NCBI GenBank assembly: GCA_951406725.2
Contig: OX597821.1
Coordinates: 86,924,001 to 86,988,000, forward strand
Direction of reading: 5' to 3'
Length of the DNA: 64,000 nt
Source: Octopus vulgaris
Lineage: Eukaryota
A program made the translations under genes and the position numbers. Shown in pieces: positions 63,586 through 64,000 of the stretch; the stretch's first letter is position 1, and each line of letters opens with the position of its first letter. Below the pieces are notes generated by a model. The model worked only from the letters and a program-made list of their open reading frames with translations, searched no databases and was not told the origin of the DNA.

Positions 63586-64000
63586 CTATGTATTATGCTT
63601 GATGTATATACATATTGATCGGCAAGTTGCTGCAGTATTTTTCCTGAGATAACAACTCTTATAGACTTGCTCTGTTAAAAACACAAAAAAATATCAGACA
63701 GATGAAAATTCATCCCAGCAGCTGCCATTAAGAGCACTTGATGCATTTTTGTTCTTTACAGTGGAATGTACACACAGCCAGTCAAATGCTTGGATAAGAA
63801 TTCATTGACACTGATACAGGAAAGAGTGAGTGAAACATTTACTGATGTTGCAAATAGCCTTCTCTCTGAATAAAAATCTGGTATGCACATCAAGGAATTT
63901 CATTTTATTTAAAATAACCATCTACGTACCATAGTAATTGTATACACAGTTGATATACTGCAGTAACTGATCTATTGAGAGTGGGTATACATTAAGTATG

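Overview
AT-rich, repeat-dense animal genomic DNA. The SINE/LINE and microsatellite repertoire suggests an octopus or other coleoid cephalopod (inference). Almost the whole window is one minus-strand gene, a latrophilin/Cirl-like adhesion GPCR. I reconstructed 13 coding exons by hand (63094 down to 706; all GT-AG, phases compatible; 2166 nt = 722 aa). Domain order: signal peptide, rhamnose-binding/SUEL lectin, an unexpected Ig domain, Thr-rich mucin stalk, HRM, GAIN with a long acidic insert, and GPS (HL|TSFAVLM). The 7TM exons lie left of the window and the first non-coding exon lies upstream of 63150, probably right of the window. Introns hold three tRNA-derived SINE families, RTE/CR1/L1-Tx1/R4-like LINE fragments, MITEs and an inverted pair of 24-bp minisatellites. 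Most notable is a set of minimal type-I hammerhead ribozyme motifs in several unrelated fold-back repeats, probably Penelope-like. They include a G3-C8 covariant core and a 382-bp palindrome bounded by hammerhead halves serving opposite polarities. All calls are by eye; repeat boundaries are approximate.
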